Assembly (NCBI RefSeq): GCF_004010195.1
Contig: NC_057750.1
Span: 16,617,733-16,681,301 of the forward strand
Source: Chiloscyllium plagiosum
Lineage: Eukaryota
DNA length: 63,569 nucleotides
Reading direction: 5' to 3'
Positions 23,995 to 35,345 of this stretch are shown one piece after another (position 1 is the stretch's first letter; the number at the start of each line of letters is the position of its first letter). The translations under genes and the position numbers were made by a program. Below the pieces are notes generated by a model. The model was not told where the DNA came from, searched no databases, and was given only the letters and a program-made list of their open reading frames with translations.

Positions 23995-25480
23995 TTCTTT
24001 AGGGGATATGGGAGACACTGGTTCGACTGACATTTATTGCCCATTCTTAACTGCTCTGGAGTAGGTGGGGATGAGCTGCCTTCTCAAACCACTGCAGTCC
24101 TTCGGGTGTAGGGACGCTCAGTGATGTTAGAGATGCAACGACAGTGAAGAAACCCTTAGATAGTTCCCAGTCAGGATGGTCGTGTTACCAGGTACCTGCT
24201 GCCCTTGTCCTTTAAGTGATAGAAGTCATAGTTTGGATAGTGTTCATGAAGCAGTGTTTATAGATGGTACGTACTGCTGCTGGTGAGCAGCTGTGTTGAA
24301 GGGACTGAAAGTTGAAGGTGGTGAATTGGGTACCAGTTCAATAGGCCACTTTGTTCTGGATGTGACAAGCTACTTGAGTGTTATGGGAGCAGTACCCACC
24401 CAGGCAAGTGGGGAATATCCTGTCACACTCCTGACTTATGCATTGTAGATGGTGGATAAACTTTGAGAAGTCAGCAGGTGAGTTACTTGCCATAGTATTC
24501 TTAGCCTCTGACCTGCTCTTGTAGCCACATTATTTCGATGGTTGACCCAGTTCAATTCTGGTCAGTGATAATTCCAGGATGTTGATAATGAGGAGGTTCA
24601 GCAATGTTAATTCACTTAAATGTCAAAGGTTAGATTATCTCATATTGGAGATGGTCATTGCCCTAGCCCTTATGTGGTAAAAATATTACTTGAAATTATC
24701 ACCCAAGCACGGAAATTGTCCTGTTCTTGCTGCATTTGGACATCAACTGCTTCAGTATCTGAGGAACTGTGAATGATGCTGAACATTGTGCAATCATCAG
24801 TGACTATCCCCACTTCTGACTTCATATTGGAGGGAAGATCATTGATGAAGCAATTGAAGATGGTTGAGCCTAAGACACTATCCTGAGGAATTCCTGCAGA
24901 GATATCTTTTAATTGAGATGATAGATTCCAATCACCAAGAACTATCTTCCTATATGCCAGGTATGACTCCAATCAGCAGTGAGTTTTCTCCCTGATTGCT
25001 ATTAACTCCAGTTTTTCTAGAACTCCTTAATGCCACACTTGGTCAAATATGGCTTTGATGTTAAGGCCATATGTCACTCTCTTTGTACCAATTAAATGCA
25101 GCTCTTCTGTTCATGTTTGAACCAAGGCTGTAATGAGGTCAGGAGCTGAGTGGCCCTGGTGGAACCCAAACTGGGCGTCACTGAGCAGGTGCTGCTTGAT
25201 AGCACTGTCGATGACACCTTCCATCACTTTACTGATGATCAAATTGGGTTGGCTGGATTGGACTGGTTCTGATTTTTGTGTACCGGGCATACCTGGGCAG
25301 TCTTTCATATTTTTGGGTAGTTTGCGACATTTAGTCTGTACAGGAACATTTAAGCCAGGGATGCGGCTAGTTCTGGAGCACAGGGCTTCAGAAATATTGC
25401 TGAAATGTGGGCAGGGCCCAAAGCCTTTGAAGTATCCAGTGCATTCAGCCACGATGAAAATGAACAAATGAGATGTTGAG
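23995..25480 (-). mobile_element. LINE family 2 (CR1/L2 group) RT and 3' end, degraded
   Basis: 24670-24972(-) ISAGIPQDSVLGSTIFNCFINDLPS..SEVGIVTDDCTMF; 25111-25491(-) IISKVMEGVIDSAIKQHL..QFGFHQGHSAPDLITALVQT. Confidence 0.85.
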
Positions 25481-25729
25481 GTCCAGATCATTACCAGTCA
25501 CGGTTTAAAACAAAATTAAAAATCACACAACACCAGGTTATAGTCCAACAGGTTTATTTGGAAGCACTAGCTTTTGGAGTGCTGCTGTTTCATCAGATGG
25601 TTGTGGAGAATAAGATCATAAGACACAGAATTTATAGCAAAAGTTTACAGTGTGATGGAATGGAAATTATATATTGAAAAAGACATGGATTGTTTGTTAA
25701 GTCTCTCATCTTTTAGAATGAATATGTTG

Positions 25730-26067
25730 GGGCGGCACGGTGGCTCAGTGGTTAGCACTGCTGCCTCACAGCGACAGGCACCTGGGTTTGATTCCAACCT
25801 CGGGCGACTGTCAGTGTGGAGTTTGCACATTCTCCCTGTGTCTGTGTGGGTTTCCTCCAGGTGCTCCGGTTTCCACCCACAGTCCAAAGATGTGCGGGTC
25901 AGGTGGATTGGCAAGACTAAATTGCCCGTAGTGTTCAGGGGTGTGTAGCCTGGTGCATTAGTTGGGGTAAATGTGTGACAATAGGGGGTGGGTTACTCTT
26001 CAGAGATTCAGTGTGGGCTTGTTGGGCCGAAGGCCTGTTTCCACACTGTAGGAATTCTAAAAAAAAA
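25730..26067 (+). mobile_element. HE1 SINE inserted in PLE left arm
   Basis: gggcggcacggtggctcagtggttagcactgc...gggccgaaggcctgtttccacactgtaggaattctaaaa. Confidence 0.93.
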
Positions 26068-27835
26068 TGAACAAGCTGGTTTCAGTTATTTCACATGTAA
26101 ATCACAGAATTTCTTTAAAGTTACATTCTCAAGTGAACTTTAACAATTGGTGTCGTGTTGGCCCAGATAATGTATTGAAGGTGTGAGGTGCCCTGAGTGA
26201 TACTGACTATGCCACAATGTTTAGACTAATTCTAATCTAAAAAATGGATTTACAGAATCTTATATGGATTCATGCAGTTTTTGAGCAAACTAAAATATAA
26301 TTCTGCAAATACAAATTCACCCTACAAACTTACGTGTGTGTGTGTGCATGTGGGTGTATGCGTGGGGGAGCAATTATGAGTGTTTGTGAGAGAGTGTGTG
26401 TATGTGTGTGAGTGTAAAGGGGTATGAGTCAGTGTGAGGGTGTGGGAGTTAATGTATGAGCGTATGAGAGAGAGCTTGTGCATGAGAGAGGGTCTGCGTG
26501 AGTGTATGGGTCTGGAGCAGTGAGTGTGTGTCTGTAGGAGTGTGTGTGTGTCTGTCTGTCTGTGAGTGTGCATCTGTCTGTCTATCTGTGAGTGTGCATC
26601 TGTCTGTGCGTGTGTGTCTGTGTCTGTATGTTCCTATATGCCAAGTGTAATTCCAATCAGCAGTGAGTTTTCTCCCTAATTGTTTTTAACTCCAGTTTTT
26701 CTACAACATTTTAATGGCGCACTTGGTCAAATGTGGCCTTGATGTCAAGGCCATACGTCATTCTCATTGTAACAATTAAATGTAGCTCTTTTGTCCATGT
26801 TTGAATCAAGGCTTTAATGAAGTTAGGAGCTGAGTGGCCCTGGTGGAACCCAAACTGGGTGTCACTAAGCAGGTTATTGCTGACCAGGTGCTCCTTGATA
26901 GCACTGTCGATGACATCTTTCATTATTTTACTGATGATCAAATTGGGTTGGCTGCAGTGTCTGTGGCTGATGAAGGAGCAGCGCTCCGACAGCTAGTGCT
27001 TCCAAATAAGACACACACATGCTTCCAAATAAGACACACACAGACAGATGTACACTCACAGACAGACAGACAGACACACAGACATAGACACACAGACACT
27101 CCTACACACACACTCTTACAGACACACACATACTCCTACAGACCCATATACTCACACAGACCCTCTCTCATACAAAAGCTTTCTCTCATACGCTCACACA
27201 TACACTCTCACACTCACACGCAAACACGCACTCTCTTTACACTCACACTCACACACATACACACACTCTCCCACAGATACTCATAACACCCCCACCTCAC
27301 ACACCCACATGCGCGTGCGCGCGCACACACACACATACACATAAGTTTGTAGGGTGAATTTGTATTTGCAGAATTACATTTTATTTTGCTCAAAAACTGC
27401 ATGAATCCATGTAAGATTCTGTAAATCCATCTTTTGAATTAGAATCAGTCTGAACATTGTGGCACAGACAGTCACACACAGAGCACCTCACACTTTCAAA
27501 TGCATTATCTGGGCTAGCATGACACTAATTGGTAAAATTCACTTGAGAATGTAACTTTAAAAAAGTTTTGCAATTTACATATGAAAGAACTGAAACCAAC
27601 ATGTTCATTCTAAAAGATGAGCGACTTAACAAACAATCCTGGTCTTTTTCAATATATAATTTCAATCACACTCTCTCACAGATACTCATAATGCCCCCAT
27701 CTCACACACCCACGTGCACACAGAGAGAGCTTTTGTATGAGAGAGGGATTGGTCTGTAGGAGTATATGGGTCTGTAGGAGTATGTGTGTGTCTGTAAGAG
27801 TGTGTGTGTAGGAGTGTCTGTGTGTCTGTCTGTGA

Positions 27836-29045
27836 CCAAACAGGTAGATGAGAGTAAACCAGTTGATGTGGTGTATATGGATTTCAGCAAGGCGTTCGAT
27901 AAGGTTCCCCACAGTAGGCTATTGTACAAAATGCGGAGGAATGGGATTGTGGGAGATATAGCAGTTTGGATCAGTAATTGGCTTGGTGAAAGAAGACAGA
28001 GGGTGGTGGTTGATGGGAAATGTTCATCCTGGAGTCCATTACTAGTGGTGTACCGCAAGGGTTGGTGTTGGGCCCACTGCTGTTTGTCGTTTTTATAAAT
28101 GACCTGGATGGTGGTGTAGAAGGGTGGGTTAGTAAATTTGCAGACGACGCTAAAGTCGGTGGAGGTGTGGATAGTGACGAAGGATGTTGTAGGTTACACA
28201 GAGACATGGATAAGCTGCAGAGCTGGGCTGAGAGGTGGCAAATTGAGTTTAATGCAGACACATGTGAGGTGATTCACATTGGTCGGAGTAACTGGAATGC
28301 AAAGTACTGGGCTAACGGTAAGATTCTTGGTTGTGTAGATGAGCAGAGAGATCTCGGTGTCCAGGTACACAGATCCTTGAAAGTTTCCACCCAGGTTGAC
28401 AGGGTTGTTAAGAAGGCATACAGTGTTTTAGCTTTTATTAATAGAGGAATTGAGTTCCGGAACCATGAGGTTATGATGCAACTGTACAAAACTCTGGTGT
28501 GGCCACACTTGGAGTATTGTGTACAGTTCTGTTCACCGCATTATAAGAAGGATGTGGAAGCTTTGGAAAGGGTGCAGAGGAAATTTACTAGAATGTTGCC
28601 TGGTATGGAGGGAAGGTCTTACGAGGAAGGGCTGAGGGACTTGAGGCTGTTTTCGTTAGAGAGAAGAAGGTTGAGAGGTGACTTAATAGAGACATATAAG
28701 ATAATCAGAGGGTTAGATAGGGTGGACAGGGAGAGCCTTTTTCCAAGTATGGTGATGGCGAGCACGAGGGGGCATAGTTTTAAATTGAGGGGTGATAGAT
28801 ATAGGGCAGATGTCAGAAGTAGTTTCTTTACTCAGAGAGTAGTAAGGGTATGGAATGCTTTGCCTGCAACGGTAGTAGATTCGCCAACTTTAAGTACATT
28901 TAAGTCGTCATTGGACAAGCATGTGGACATACATGGAATAGTGTAGGTTAGATAGGCTTCAGATTGGTATGACAGGTTGGCAAACACCAAGGGCCGAAGG
29001 GCCTGTACTGCGCTGTAATGTTTTATGATCTATGTTCTATGTTCC
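27836..29045 (+). mobile_element. 5'-truncated CR1 LINE ORF2 (RT + C-terminus)
   Basis: VDVVYMDFSKAFDKVPH; ORF 28020-28946 SGVPQGLVLGPLLFVVFINDLD..SKFADDAKV..LERVQRKFTRMLPG; ctatgttctatgttc tail; TSD ataatttcaat (~27656 and ~29047). Confidence 0.95.
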
Positions 29046-29596
29046 ATAATTTCAATTACATCACAATGTAAACCTTTGCTATAAATTCTGTATCTTACAA
29101 TCTAATTCTGCACAACCACCTGATGAAGGAGCAGTGCTGCAAAAGCTAGTGCTTCCAAATAAACCCCTGTTGGACCATAACCTCGTGTTGTGTGATTTTT
29201 AACTTTGTCCACCCCAGTCCAACACCGCCATCTCCAAATCATGGTTTAAAACAGGTTTTCCTCACATCACCTCACCCCTCCCACCCACTGTATTACTTGC
29301 CCAAAACCTTAAGCATGTGCCTGCTGACCTTTACACCATCCTCTAATGGCCTGAATCTTCAAATATTTTGGCAAATTTTAATTTTTGTCGAGTTTTATGG
29401 AGGCTTTCTCTCTGTAAGGCCCAGCAAGATTTATGGCATTGTCATCCCACACTCACCTCACTGACTAGGTACCATGCCGCAGTGTGGCCCCTCTTATTCA
29501 AGGCTGGCCTGATTCTCTCATTCACATGGCTGCACTGCCAAAATATCCGGCCACACTGGCATCTGTGGTGCTTGGCACCATGTTTGAAAGGACAAA

Positions 29597-29775
29597 TTGG
29601 TGTCACGCTTTGCTAACAGGGATCTTGAGGTCCTGGTAGACAAGGTGATGCAGTGAAGGGCCATCCTCTTCCCAAAGGATTGCCAAAGGAGGCCATTGCC
29701 ACCAGACCTTGCCAGCGTAGTCCAAAGTCAACCCCCCCACCCCCCACTGCGAGGTCAGTGTGGTCTCCACAGTGC
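29597..29775 (+). pseudogene. Probable Harbinger-transposon Myb/SANT-like DNA-binding gene relic
   Basis: Reads KLVSRFANRDLEVLVDKVMQ*RAILFPKDCQRRP / HQTLPA*SKV / EVSVVSTV, with stops and frameshifts; resembles the RF...LE.LV..V......LF....AW..VA..VS pattern. Confidence 0.45.
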
Positions 29776-29796
29776 TCCATGAATGATCCATCCTGG

Positions 29797-30397
29797 TCTT
29801 TTTTAAAATTCATTTGTGGGACTTGGGCGTCGCTGGCCGGCCAGCATTGATAGCCCATCCCTATTTGTCCTTGAGATGTTAGTGGAAAGCTGCCTTCTTG
29901 AATCGCTTTGGTCCACTTACACCAACAGTGCTATCAAGTAGCACCTGTTCAGCACTATACCTGGTCAGTGATGTCCAGTTTGAGTTTCGCCAGGGCCACT
30001 CAAACTCCTGACCTCATTACAGCCTTGGTTCAAAAATGGACAAAAGAGCTGAATTCCAGAGGTGAGGTGAGAGAGACTTTCTTTGGCACTAAGGCCACAT
30101 TTGACTGAATGTGGCGTCAAGGACCCAAACAAAACTGAAGTCAATGGGAATCGTGGGAAATCTCTGCTGATTGCAGTCATACCTGACACGTAGGAAGATG
30201 ATTGTGGTTGTTAGAGGTCAGTCATGTCACTTCCAGGACATCTCTGCACGAGTTCCTCAGAGTAATGTCCTCGACTGCTTCATCAATGACCTTCCCTGTA
30301 TCATAAGGTCAGAAGTGGGGATGTTTGTTGATGATTGCACAGTGTTCAGCATCATTTGCGATTCATCAGCTACTGAAGCAGTCCATGTTCAAGTGTA
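29797..30397. mobile_element. LINE family 2 with inverted structure (3' end on - 29797-29905; RT segment on + 29915-30397)
   Basis: - strand tail gggcgtcgctggccggccagcatt..cccatccct; + strand PDLITALVQKWTKELNSRGEVR..MQSYL..ISARVPQS..FINDLP..MFVDDCTVF. Confidence 0.75.
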
Positions 30398-31191
30398 ATT
30401 AGAGTTCTAATTAGAGTTAATGTCTCTCCACAGATGTAGCCAGACCTGCTGAACTTTTCCAGCAATTTATATTCTTGTCTCTGGTTTACAGCATCTGCAA
30501 TCCCTTTGGTTTAATTTACCATTATTTGATGATTATCTGCTTCTTTCAATTGAAGCTAGCAGCTCTCATTCTGAACTACAGCTCGATTACTGCATCAAAT
30601 TCTGGCCATCGTTGATGTGAGGGTCCCTGAGAGAATACAGAGGAGAGTATTAGAGTTAACATTTCAGACTGAAGAGTTATTGTCTCTCCACAGATGCTGT
30701 CAGACCCGCTGAAGTTTTCCAGTAATTTCTGTTTCCATATCAAATAATAGTGTCGGTTTTCATGAAAACAAAATAGCCAAGCTGCCATTGCTTCTGAACC
30801 TCTGGTGTTTTGGGGTAGCTCAGTCAAATCAGCACGAATCGAGCACCTCTTCCAATAGTGAATGGTGATTCTCAATGACAACATAATCTGTAAGATCATG
30901 TAACAGTAGCTCTGTGGAAACGGTTGCACACTGGCAACCAGTTCAACTCCTCCCTGCAACAAAATCTTCACAACAGACAGAGCACTGTCACCGTAAACAC
31001 CGCAGACTGCTGGAAATATGCAAAGAACATCTAAAGCTGTAACTGATCCTTCAAGTGTTTGACCTAGAGATTGACTTGTGTTTCCAAACTGTTCCGCCTT
31101 CTTGTTGCTACAATGCTGTGTCTCCATTCATTGTCAATGCTGTGCTATCAATAAGGGCATAAAATGCAAGAGTAAAGAAGTTATAATTAAC

Positions 31192-31497
31192 CTGGGTGGC
31201 ACAGTGGTTCAGTGGTTAGCATTGCTGCCTCACGGGACCGGGGTTCAATTCCAGCCTTGGGTAGCTCACTGTGTGAAATTTGCATGTTCTCCCCATATTT
31301 TTATGGGTTTCCTCCCACAGTCCAAAAATATGGTGGATTAGCCAGGGAATATGTAGGGTTATAGGGATAGGGTAGGTGGATTAGCCAGGGAATATGTAGG
31401 GTTATAGGGCTAGGGTAGGGCATAGGTTGCTCTTCGGAAGGTCAGTGTTGACTCAGTGGGCTGAATGGCCTGCTTCCACACTGTATGATTCTGTATA
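31192..31497 (+). mobile_element. HE1-like SINE with 43-bp internal tandem duplication (31332-31417)
   Basis: ggtggcacagtggttcagtggttagcattgctgcctcac; ggtggattagccagggaatatgtagggttataggg twice. Confidence 0.85.
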
Positions 31498-31661
31498 AAA
31501 TATCGATTCAGCCTCAACTGGAGCATTGCGTCCAGTGCTGGGCCCCATAGTTTCAGAAGGATGTGAAGTCATTAGAAAGGGTTCAAATAAGTTTCAGGGA
31601 GCGATTGCAGGGTTGAGAAATTTCAGTCCTGTGGATAGGTTAGGAGCTGGTCTCCTTAGAG

Positions 31662-31887
31662 AAAGTTAAAAATGTCTCAACATCAGGTTATAGTCCAACA
31701 GGTTTATTTGGAAGCATTAGCTTTTGGAGCGCCACTCCTTCATCAGGTGATTGTGAAGAACCACCTGCTGAAGGAGCAGCGCTCTGAAAGTTAGTGCTTC
31801 CAAATACACCCGTTGGATGATAACCTGGTGTTGAGAGATTTTTAACTTTGTCCACCCCAGTCCAACATGGGCACGTCCAAGACATGG
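31662..31887. mobile_element. PLE family B fold-back mini-element
   Basis: Arms aaagttaaaaat..caggttatagtccaac / gttggatgataacctgg..tttttaacttt, a hammerhead-like core in each arm; TSD ctccttagag 31652-31661 and 31888-31897. Confidence 0.85.
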
Positions 31888-32434
31888 CTCCTTAGAGTAG
31901 TGTAAGAGGAAATTCGATAATGGTGTTCCGAACAGTGCAGAGAAACTGTTCCTATTTCCCAATGTTAAAATGGTAATACCCTGGAAATGAATATACTGCA
32001 GATACCAGAGCTCCATCTGTAAGGATGCAAGACAGGTCAGACCAGTATGTGTTATTCACCAGTATTTCTGGCTTTTCCTTCAGCTGATGTAAGGATCGAG
32101 AACCAGGGGGACGCTGATTTGAAGCGATTGACAAAACAAACAAAGGCAACACGAGAAGAAACATTTTCACATGGGGAGTGGTTCAGGTCTAAAATGTGCT
32201 GTCTGAGAGGGGGCGTGGAGGCAGGTTAAATCAAAGTCTTTGAAAAGGAATTGGATTAATCAGAAGACTGTATAGCTATAGGGAGAAGGCCTGGGATATC
32301 ATCCAGATATATTTCTCATTCAATGAGTCAATGTAGACCAAAAAGCTTCCTCCTCCTTTGTAATTTTACATCTCAAATGTTAAATTTACTGTATTATATA
32401 TGTTAGGTGAACTACTGTTTTTGTTTCGATTTTT

Positions 32435-32740
32435 CATAAAATCCCTACAGTGCGGAAACAGGCCATTTGGCCCAACAAGTCCGTACTGACCCTCCAAAGT
32501 ATATCCTACCCCGACCCATTCCCTACCCTACACATCCCTAAACACTATGGGCAATTTAGCATGGCCAATTCACCTAATCTGCACATCTTTGGACTGTGGG
32601 AGGAAACTGGGTCACCCAGAGGAAACCTATAAAGACACGGGGAGAATGTGCAAACTCCACACAGGCAGTCGCCCGAGGTGGGAATTGAACCCAGGTCCCT
32701 GGTGCTGTGAGACAGCAGTGCTAACCACTGAGTCACCGTA
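32435..32740 (-). mobile_element. HE1 SINE
   Basis: Reverse-complement HE1 head, V-domain and 3' end. Confidence 0.92.
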
Positions 32741-32879
32741 CTGATATTTTTGGTGGGTTGTCCCCAACCCTGTTTTTCCCATAGATCCCACTATTTATAC
32801 TGCGTCAGTTTTGATAACAACAGTGTCACATGGGTTTGCAACTATCGCATTATAGGAGAACTACCTGTATTCCAATGCA

Positions 32880-33071
32880 GGTAAGAGTGTGGTGCTGGAA
32901 ATGCACAGCAGATCAGGCAGCGTCCAAGGAGCAGGAGAACCATTCCTGATAAAGGGCTTTTGCCCAAAACGTCAACTCTCCTACTCCTCGGATTCCGCCT
33001 GATTTGTTGTGCTTTTTCATCACCACATTCTCGACTCTGATCTCTAGCATCTACAGTGCTCACTTTCTCCA
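32880..33071. mobile_element. PLE family A fold-back mini-element
   Basis: Inverted arms around attcctgataaagggcttttgcccaaaacgtc; exact TSD gtattccaatgca 32867-32879 and 33072-33084. Confidence 0.87.
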
Positions 33072-33169
33072 GTATTCCAATGCATTCTTGGCTGCTTCAT
33101 CATCATCCGAATCTCTGCCACCCATGTCTTAACTCACAGAGGGTCCCATTCCCTTCTGTGTCTGCTGAC

Positions 33170-33420
33170 CTGTACTGGCTTTCAATCAAGCCTTATCCCT
33201 CCCTAACTCTCTGTAATCTCCTCCAGCCCAATATCCTCTCCAAGATATCTGCACTCCTCAAATTCTGGCAGTTGGTGTGCATAATTGCTCTATTATTAAT
33301 GGCTGTACTTTCTGGGAGTTCTCTCCCTCACCTGCCTCCTTTAAAATCCTCATTGATAACTGCTGAGTCTTTGCTCATCTGACCTAATATCTCCCTACGT
33401 GGCTTAATGTTATACTGTTT
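33170..33420 (+). mobile_element. L2-type LINE 3' remnant
   Basis: ctctgtaatctcctccagccc...atctgcactcctcaaattctggc...tgacctaatatctccctacgtggct; similar pieces at 21930-22100 and 42050-42300. Confidence 0.55.
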
Positions 33421-33814
33421 ACTTGCCATGGAGCTGTTCAGCCCATCATCTCTTAGATAGGTCTTTGTTGGAGCCAATCAAATCCAATGCCATCATCTGG
33501 CTCCTTGCTGAAAGCCCAGAGAAGATAATTATTGTGAGCTATATTGGAACGCTTCCATGACCCACACACAACACTGCTCCCCCAAACCCATCCACCTCAG
33601 CATCATTCACACACTCAATCTTGCAGTGGAATATTCAAAAGATTTAAGCCTATAGACTGTTTCTAGTTTGTTTTCTTAATAAGTAGAAATGTAAATGAAC
33701 AGCCTTTGAAAGTCATATGTGTTTGAGGCCCTTAATTAGAACAGGCATCAGTGCAATTCTGGCATATAACACAACATTTAACAAGCTCAAAGGCTGTAAG
33801 GGCTAAACTTTGTA

Positions 33815-35345
33815 TCCTGGGCCAGCATTTCTTTCTCATTCCTAATTGCCCTTAGAAGGTGCTGGTGAGCTGCCTTTTTGAACTGATGCCATTTTGGTGC
33901 AGGTAGACTCACAATGCTGTGAGGGAAGGAATTCTAGGATTTTGACCCAGCAACACGGAAGAAACAGTGATATTGTTCCGAGTCAAGACGGTGAATGGCT
34001 TGGGGATAACTTATAGATAGTTGTAGTCCTAGGTTTCTGTCTACTTGCCCTTCTAAATGGATGTGGTTCTAGGTCTAGAAGGTTCTCTCTAAGCAGCTTT
34101 GCACAATTTCTGCCATGTGGTGCACATTACTGAGACAGAATATCGACAGTAGAGGGAGTGAATCTTAATGCATGTGACACCAGTCAGAAGGACTAATTTA
34201 TCCTGGATGAGGTCAAGCTTCTTGAGTATTGTTGGACCTGCACCTATTCAAGCTATTGGGCAGTATTCCATCATACCTCTGACTTATGCCTTGTAGATGT
34301 TGGACAGGCTTTGGGGAGTCGGAAGATGAGTTCCTCATGGTAGGATTCCTAACTTCTGATCTTCGGCACTGCTGCCTCATAGCGCCAGAGACCCGGGTTC
34401 AATTCCCGCCTCAGGCGACTGACTGTGTGGAATTTGCACATTCTCCCTGTGTCTGCGTGGGTTTCCTCTGGGTGCTCCAGTTTCCTCCCACAGTCCAAAG
34501 ATGTGCAGGTCAGGTGAATTGGCCATGCTAAATTGCCCGTAGTGTTAGGTAAGGGGTAAATGTAGGGGTACGGGTGGGTTGCGCTTCGGCGGGGCGGTGT
34601 GGACTTGTTGGGCTGAAGGGCCTGTTTCCACACTGTAAGTAATCTCTTGTAGCTACTGTATTTATAAGGCTAGTCCAGTTCAGATTCTGGTCAATGGTAA
34701 TCCCCAGGATATCGATTGTGGTTGGTTCAGTGATGGTGATGCCATTGAAAGTCAAGGTGTGATGGTTACATTCTCTCTTGTTGGAGCTGGTTATTGATTG
34801 GCACTTGTGTGGTGCAGGGGTTACTTGCCACTTTGTCATCTGGACATGGACTGCTTCAGTATCTGAGCAGTTGTGAATGGTGCTGAACATTGTTCAATCA
34901 ACTGCAAACATCCTCACTTCTGACCTTTAGTTAGAGGGAAAGTCATTGATCAATCAGGTGATTGTTGGGCCTGGGACACTACCCTGAGGAATTTCTGCAG
35001 AGATGTCAGTTTTCCCGCTGATTCCCATTAACTCATTTTGCTACCGCTCCATGATATCACATTTAGTCAAGTGTGGCCTTGATATCCAGGGCTGTCACTC
35101 TCACCTCACCTCCGTAGTTTAGATCTTTTGTCCATGTTTGAACCAAGGCTGTAATGAGGTCAAGGACTGAATGGCGCACGTGGAACTGAAACTGAGTGTC
35201 AGTAAGCAGGTTATTGCTAAGCAAGTGCTGCATTGTTGATGACCTTATCTATCATTTTACAGAAAGGTCTTTGTTGGATGAGCAGAAGTTGATGAATGGA
35301 AGTGGAACTAGTTGGCTGGGTTGGATTTGTCCTGTTGCTTGACTA
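33815..35345 (-). mobile_element. LINE family 2, degraded, interrupted by HE1
   Basis: ctaattgcccttagaaggtgctggtgagctgcc...; 34528-34890(-) DTEAVHVQM.KWQVT.APHKCQ..LTFNGITI..IDILGITIDQNLNWTS. Confidence 0.8.
34364..34645 (+). mobile_element. HE1 SINE (young, 5' clipped)
   Basis: Near-identical to 13102 and 54799 copies. Confidence 0.93.

Larger units (their letters stand above)
25513..29238. mobile_element. Composite PLE family B element with long inverted terminal repeats; contains HE1, captured flank and CR1
   Basis: Left arm (-) 25513-26630; right arm (+) 27040-27666 plus 29047-29238; CA/TG microsatellites mirror each other; TSD tca(c/t)ggtttaaaaca at 25498-25512 and 29239-29253; degenerate hammerhead cores ~26968 and ~29120. 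Confidence 0.85.
31140..32350 (+). mobile_element. Old CR1 3' region interrupted by HE1 and PLE inserts
   Basis: tcagcctcaactggagcattgcgtccagtgctgg...gaaggatgtgaagtcattagaaagggttca...acattttcacatggggagtgg. Confidence 0.65.

Noticed and set aside
26322..27402. His/Thr- and Cys/Val-rich ORFs
   Set aside because: Translations of CA/TG microsatellites in the PLE arms.
28020..28946. 308-aa RT ORF as an active or domesticated gene
   Set aside because: It is a 5'-truncated CR1 with an upstream frameshift and no endonuclease domain or promoter.
30576..31127. 183-aa minus-strand ORF
   Set aside because: No recognisable domain, and it runs into PLE repeat sequence; likely chance.
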